Assembly (NCBI GenBank): GCA_964588575.1
Contig: CAZPPY010000001.1
Location: 1-29,007, forward strand
Direction of reading: 5' to 3'
Length of the DNA stretch: 29,007 nt
DNA from: an uncultured Candidatus Saccharibacteria bacterium
GTDB taxonomy: Bacteria; Patescibacteriota; Saccharimonadia; Saccharimonadales; UBA4665
Shown: positions 25,577 through 29,007 of the stretch, piece by piece
Layout of the letters: every line of letters begins with the position of its first letter
Position numbering within the stretch: position 1 is the first letter of the stretch
Program-made: the position numbers and the translations under genes
The notes under the pieces: generated by a model
The model's database searches: none
Told to the model about the DNA's origin: nothing
Seen by the model: only the letters and a program-made list of their open reading frames with translations

Positions 25577-27352
25577 ATGACAAAGAGAACTGCCCACACT
25601 TCCGTACACGCCAAGGACACGCTCCGGCTGTATACACGCGCTACTCTCAAACATCGCAAAGAGTCGTTTCTAGCCCTTGCGCTGCCGGTCAGTACTGTCA
25701 TATTGGGGGTTTTCGTACCGTTTTACGCCAGCAAGCTGCTGGCAGACATTGTCACGCATGCCAGCAAGCAACGGCCGGATTTTGTTTTGTTCGCCAGCCT
25801 GGCTGCTATTGGTTTCCTGCTCAACACATATGGCATCCGTATATGTATGCGGCTGCAAGCCCGTGTGATGAACGAGCTGCATTCCAGTATGTTTGCCAGG
25901 CTACTCGAACGGAGTGTCGGTTTCTACAACAACCAGGTCGGGGGCAAGCTCGTCTCGGATGCGCTCGATTTCATCAATAGCTACGGGCAGCTTTTCAACA
26001 CTGCCTTCATTACGGCATTGGCGTTTGCGCTCACCACGAGTATTGGCCTTGTAATGGTATTCGTAAGCAACTGGCAGATTGGCCTATGTATTAGCATATT
26101 GCTGGCAGGGCTGGCGTATTGGTCCATCGTAGAAACCGCGAAACGCTCGGGCCTGCGCAGCCAACGGCTGGTCATTAGCAAGCGGCTGACAGCGCATCTG
26201 GCAGATAATATTGTCAATGCCGTGACCGTGAAGATGTTTGCCCGGGAAGCTAGCGAAATAGCAGAAAACAGCCGGTTAAACGCGCAGCTTGCCGATGCCC
26301 GGCAAAAGGACTGGCAACGCAGTGTCACGAGCGAAAGCGAACGCATGGGCGTGCTATTGCTCATGCAGGCCTGCCTGCTGTTGGTGCTCATCTGGCAGGT
26401 CGCTCACAATCCGCAAACCCTCGCTGCCGGTATCTTTGCCTTCACGTACACCATCACGCTCATTAACCGCTTCTTCTCCATCAACACCATGGTACGGCAG
26501 ATAGAGGAAAGCTTCCTACAAGCCTCGCCCATGACCGAGCTGCTCGGCGAGCCAATCGAGATCACCGACGCGCCGGATTGCCAGCCGCTTGTAGTCCGTC
26601 ACGGCGAAATCACCTGCCATAACGTGAAATTCCGCTACGCGGATACCTCGGGAGAAGAATATATCTTCAATGGCTTGGACTTGCATATCAAACCAGGAGA
26701 AAAAATAGGCTTGGTCGGCCATAGCGGCGGGGGCAAATCTACCCTGACACGCCTGCTCTTGCGGTTTGACGACACTTCAGATGGATCAATCACTATCGAC
26801 GGCCAGGACATCCGCGACGTTACGCAGGCCAGCCTGCGCGAGCAGATTTCATATGTCCCACAAGAACCGCTCTTGTTCCATCGCACCATACTGGAGAACA
26901 TCGCCTATGGGAATGAAGGCGTTTCGCGGGAAGAGGTGGAAGCAGCTGCCAAGCTCGCCTACGCCCACGACTTTATCTCCAAGCTCCCTCAGCGCTACGA
27001 CACCGTCGTCGGCGAACGAGGCGTGAAGTTAAGCGGCGGCCAACGCCAGCGCATCGCTATAGCGCGTGCCATCTTGAAAAACGCACCCATTTTAGTACTT
27101 GATGAAGCGACCAGCGCGCTGGACAGCGAAAGCGAGAAAGTCATCCAGGATGCCCTCTGGGAACTGATGGATGGCCGCACCGCTGTGGTCGTCGCCCATC
27201 GCCTGAGCACCATCCAGAAGATGGATCGTATCATCGTATTGGATGAAGGAAAAATAGTTGAAGAAGGCAGCCACAGGGAGCTCATAACGAAACAGGATGG
27301 CATGTACGCCAAGCTGTGGGCTCGCCAATCAGGCGGGTTTATCGAAGAATAG
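25577..27352 (+). CDS. ABC exporter, fused TMD-NBD, copy 2
   Basis: GHSGGGKS, LSGGQRQR, ILVLDEAT, AHRL. Start set at ATG 25577 to avoid overlapping copy 1. Confidence 0.95.
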   Translation: MTKRTAHTSVHAKDTLRLYTRATLKHRKESFLALALPVSTVILGVFVPFYASKLLADIVTHASKQRPDFVLFASLAAIGFLLNTYGIRICMRLQARVMNELHSSMFARLLERSVGFYNNQVGGKLVSDALDFINSYGQLFNTAFITALAFALTTSIGLVMVFVSNWQIGLCISILLAGLAYWSIVETAKRSGLRSQRLVISKRLTAHLADNIVNAVTVKMFAREASEIAENSRLNAQLADARQKDWQRSVTSESERMGVLLLMQACLLLVLIWQVAHNPQTLAAGIFAFTYTITLINRFFSINTMVRQIEESFLQASPMTELLGEPIEITDAPDCQPLVVRHGEITCHNVKFRYADTSGEEYIFNGLDLHIKPGEKIGLVGHSGGGKSTLTRLLLRFDDTSDGSITIDGQDIRDVTQASLREQISYVPQEPLLFHRTILENIAYGNEGVSREEVEAAAKLAYAHDFISKLPQRYDTVVGERGVKLSGGQRQRIAIARAILKNAPILVLDEATSALDSESEKVIQDALWELMDGRTAVVVAHRLSTIQKMDRIIVLDEGKIVEEGSHRELITKQDGMYAKLWARQSGGFIEE

Positions 27353-27359
27353 TGCCTGT

Positions 27360-27891
27360 TTAGCTGCCAGCGGGAGTTTCCTGGCCTGGACGAGGTCCTG
27401 CAACCTTGTCCAATGCGAGTTGCGCTAATGATACAACGGCGGCGCCTATATTCAGTTCAACGTATTCGTCAGGGACGCGAATTGCACTACCGTCTGGCTG
27501 GCCAATGAGCGTGGCATGGAAGTATCCAACCTTCCCGCTTCTAGCGCTGCCATTAAACTCATGCTCCCTTAGCGATATCGGCGATCCAACCTCGCCGCCC
27601 TGTCCGAGCACTATTGATAGAAAACGAGAGACGGAAGAAAGCTGTCTTTTTGGACTTCGCCGACAACTTTCCCGCCATTTTGGGCGTCAATGAGTTGTAC
27701 GGCGGATACATTTGCCCCAAGGTCAACCGGCACCAGGACGTACTTGCCCTCATCAATCGCATAAGCCAAAGCTTCTAAAGCAGTCAAGCCTATACGCTTC
27801 AGCTCATGGCTGCTTAATTCGTGTCCAAGGCGGCGATGATTGGCTCTATCTCGCCGCTAGCTTTATGCGTTCTCGTTCTTGCCATATACAT
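27360..27891 (-). pseudogene. Frameshifted hypothetical gene (one gene of about 177 aa, or two small genes)
   Basis: TAAGAT at 27911-27916 and a GGAG RBS precede ATG 27891. Three consecutive protein-like frames are linked by single missing bases near 27825 and 27622. Confidence 0.5.
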
Positions 27892-27920
27892 TGGCTCCGC
27901 TTATGTTGAAATCTTAGCGT

Positions 27921-27940
27921 AAAATGGGCAACTTCGGCCC
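27921..27940 (-). terminator. Possible terminator at the end of the rplY downstream region
   Basis: GGGC-cgaagtt-GCCC-ATTTT on the minus strand; short stem. Confidence 0.4.
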
Positions 27941-27943
27941 GTC

Positions 27944-28037
27944 TTCCCGTGCTCTGGCATGACTCGAGCGAACAAGGCATGAATTGGCAAGAGAATTTGT
28001 CTCATGCCAATGAACCCGAATCTTGCTGGCACGGAAA
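27944..28037 (-). ncRNA. Candidate structured RNA (94-nt irregular rod)
   Basis: Nested stems TTTCCGTGC/GCACGGGAA, GATTCGGG/CTCGAGTC and GGCATGA/TCATGCC; family not recognised. Confidence 0.4.
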
Positions 28038-28109
28038 CACTCTGCGTCATCAGGCTTGGCTTGAACAGGCCAAGAACTACTGAATTGGCACCACGCCAAG
28101 CTTCGCAGG

Positions 28110-28817
28110 TTAGGCGGCTTCTTTTTCTTTGCCAGATTCTTCGCCTTCGGCTGCAGCTTCTGGGACGGCTTCGGTTCCAGCCTCTTCTGCGGGCTGTTCA
28201 GCTTCGGCTGCGCCTGCTGCGGCAGCGTTTTCGGCCTCGAGCTTGGCTGACGTTGTAACGGCAGCAACCGAACGATCCATTTCATCTTCGTCGATTTCGA
28301 CGCCGTCAGGGATCACCAGGTCGCGGACCGTAACATGGTCGCCATCTTCGACGAGTTTCTCGGCATCATAGTACAACGCATCTGGAATCTTGTCCGGCAC
28401 TGCACGTACTTCGATCTCAGCAAGTTGTTCCAGGACAATCAGGCTGGCGCGCTCAGCCGGCGTTGAGTCTTCGCCTTCAGCATAACGCGGCTTGATCGGG
28501 ACTTCGGCTTCGACTTTCTGGTTCTTGTTCACTGCGTTGAAAACAACGTGCGACAATTGGTTTTTCTTCGGCTCGAACGTCGCTGATTTGATGAGCGCCG
28601 TGAACTTTTTGTCGCCCGCGGTTATTTGCACGGGGTGGTGGCGGCCGGCGCGCATGTAGACACGGTACAGGTCCAAGTATGGCGCCTGCACGTTGATAGA
28701 ATCTTTGCCGTGGTCATGAATGACCGCTGGTATTTGCCCATCCGAACGCAACCGTTTGACTGCTTTGCCGGTCACTTCGCGCACGGCGAGTGCCAGGCTG
28801 ATCGTATCATCAGACAT
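28110..28817 (-). CDS. rplY: 50S ribosomal protein L25 (long Ctc form, acidic tail)
   Basis: GKAVKRLRSDGQIPAVI, HVVF, VEAEVPI, IPDAL, VTVRDL; TG-G-TATACT promoter at 28842-28850 and GAGAGGGA RBS. Confidence 0.93.
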   Translation of the reverse strand: MSDDTISLALAVREVTGKAVKRLRSDGQIPAVIHDHGKDSINVQAPYLDLYRVYMRAGRHHPVQITAGDKKFTALIKSATFEPKKNQLSHVVFNAVNKNQKVEAEVPIKPRYAEGEDSTPAERASLIVLEQLAEIEVRAVPDKIPDALYYDAEKLVEDGDHVTVRDLVIPDGVEIDEDEMDRSVAAVTTSAKLEAENAAAAGAAEAEQPAEEAGTEAVPEAAAEGEESGKEKEAA

Positions 28818-28880
28818 AGTTCCCTCTCTTGTTGTCTCTTAAGTATACCATACCTACCCAGCGCACCACCCAAGAGGCGC

Positions 28881-28905
28881 AATTTCAAGGCTCAGCCTTG
28901 AAATT
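28881..28905. terminator. 11-bp-arm hairpin at the stop of the last gene
   Basis: AATTTCAAGGC-tca-GCCTTGAAATT; no long U-tract. Confidence 0.55.
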
Positions 28906-29007
28906 AGCCTGCAAGGATATGCTGGAGCTCATCCTGCATATTCTCCGTCTGTTCATAGTCTGACACAAATGACATGTAATCTTCGCCGTTAAATGTGCTC
29001 AATACCC
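28904..29007 (-). CDS. 3' end of an unidentified CDS entering from the right edge
   Basis: Open frame VLSTFNGEDYMSFVSDYEQTENMQDELQHILAG-TAA. Confidence 0.6.
   Translation of the reverse strand, partial: VLSTFNGEDYMSFVSDYEQTENMQDELQHILAG

Noticed and set aside
27914-28285. 123-aa minus-strand ORF across the structured spacer
   Set aside because: It is an alternate frame of the low-complexity rplY tail, has no RBS, and its composition reflects the shifted frame.
1-29007. CRISPR array, rRNA, IS transposase or defence island
   Set aside because: I saw no regularly spaced direct repeats, rRNA-like sequence, DDE/HUH/integrase motifs or defence-type domains.

Overview
Gene-dense, mostly minus-strand chromosomal window. 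Gene content and protein style fit a CPR/Patescibacteria bacterium, most likely Saccharibacteria (inferred, no database search). The genetic code is standard: ligA and the gene upstream of it end in TGA within ATGA overlaps. It holds about 27 mostly housekeeping CDSs (ligA, rdgB, htpX, lemA, uvrC, trhO, secG, rplY, an aminopeptidase P, a two-component pair, two tandem ABC exporters) and four tRNAs (Ala-GGC, Val-TAC, Leu-GAG, Leu-CAG). I saw no CRISPR array, transposase, integrase or prophage. The unusual signals are mostly non-coding or sub-genic: (1) a Rickettsia-palindromic-element (RPE)-like repeat, plus a decayed second copy, inserted in frame in uvrC; (2) a covarying hairpin repeat in the 5' leaders of two unrelated tRNA genes; (3) candidate structured RNAs after rplY and beside oppA; (4) a uORF and a Shine-Dalgarno (SD)-sequestering hairpin ahead of the ABC pair; (5) four genes with leaderless-type promoters; (6) three apparent 1-bp deletions in short homopolymers, possibly assembly errors. 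I did not find a large new multi-gene system. All folds were judged by eye.
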